Positions 58,286 through 58,331 of a stretch of 58,331 nt of DNA are shown piece after piece. The stretch's first letter is position 1, and each line of letters begins with the position of its first letter. Under the pieces are notes generated by a model that saw only the letters and a list, made by a program, of their open reading frames with translations, had not been told where the DNA came from and did not search any database. Origin of the DNA: Minisyncoccota bacterium. Lineage in GTDB: Bacteria > Patescibacteriota > Minisyncoccia > UBA6257 > JAGOQP01. The translations under genes and the position numbers were made by a program. The stretch spans positions 1 through 58,331 of the forward strand of contig JBAYIV010000003.1 in NCBI GenBank assembly GCA_041665445.1, written 5' to 3'.

Positions 58286-58331
58286 ATGTCCAGTCCCAAA
58301 TCCTTCACCCTCATCGAACTCCTCATTGTCA
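58286..58331 (+). CDS. Type IV pilin-like protein, 3' truncated by the window edge
   Basis: MSSPKS|FTLIELLIV prepilin motif with Ser at -1. Confidence 0.8.
   Translation, partial: MSSPKSFTLIELLIV

Overview
A 58.3 kb core-genome segment of a Patescibacteria/CPR bacterium, most consistent with Parcubacteria (Ca. Paceibacteria), using genetic code 11. It contains a stand-alone 16S rRNA gene and 11 tRNAs. It also carries a type IV pilus locus with LamG-fused minor pilins, many translation and replication genes (prfA, rpmE, leuS, gyrB, secE-nusG-rplK, gatB, miaA, thrS, dnaE, rnhB, rpmF-nusB-rnc-smc-rpsP-khpA-trmD, rpsB-tsf, rpmG, queA-tgt, mreB, holB, frr) and small accessory genes. No CRISPR array, integrase, transposase, reverse transcriptase or prophage gene was seen. 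The most unusual signals are non-coding. (1) Two copies of a ~140-nt structured element sit directly behind tRNA-Arg(CCT) and tRNA-Phe(GAA), and each carries both a direct and an inverted copy of the T-arm/3' end of its own neighbouring tRNA. (2) The 16S 3' end lacks the anti-Shine-Dalgarno motif, genes lack SD sites, and many -10 boxes lie 6-8 nt before an ATG, suggesting leaderless mRNAs. (3) A 65-nt tandem palindromic repeat overlaps the stop codon of a pilin-LamG gene. (4) Three tRNAs have C instead of U at position 55. Several proteins are reduced: a hinge-less Smc, RF1 without domain 1, and a half-size EF-Ts. All alignments and structures were made by eye.
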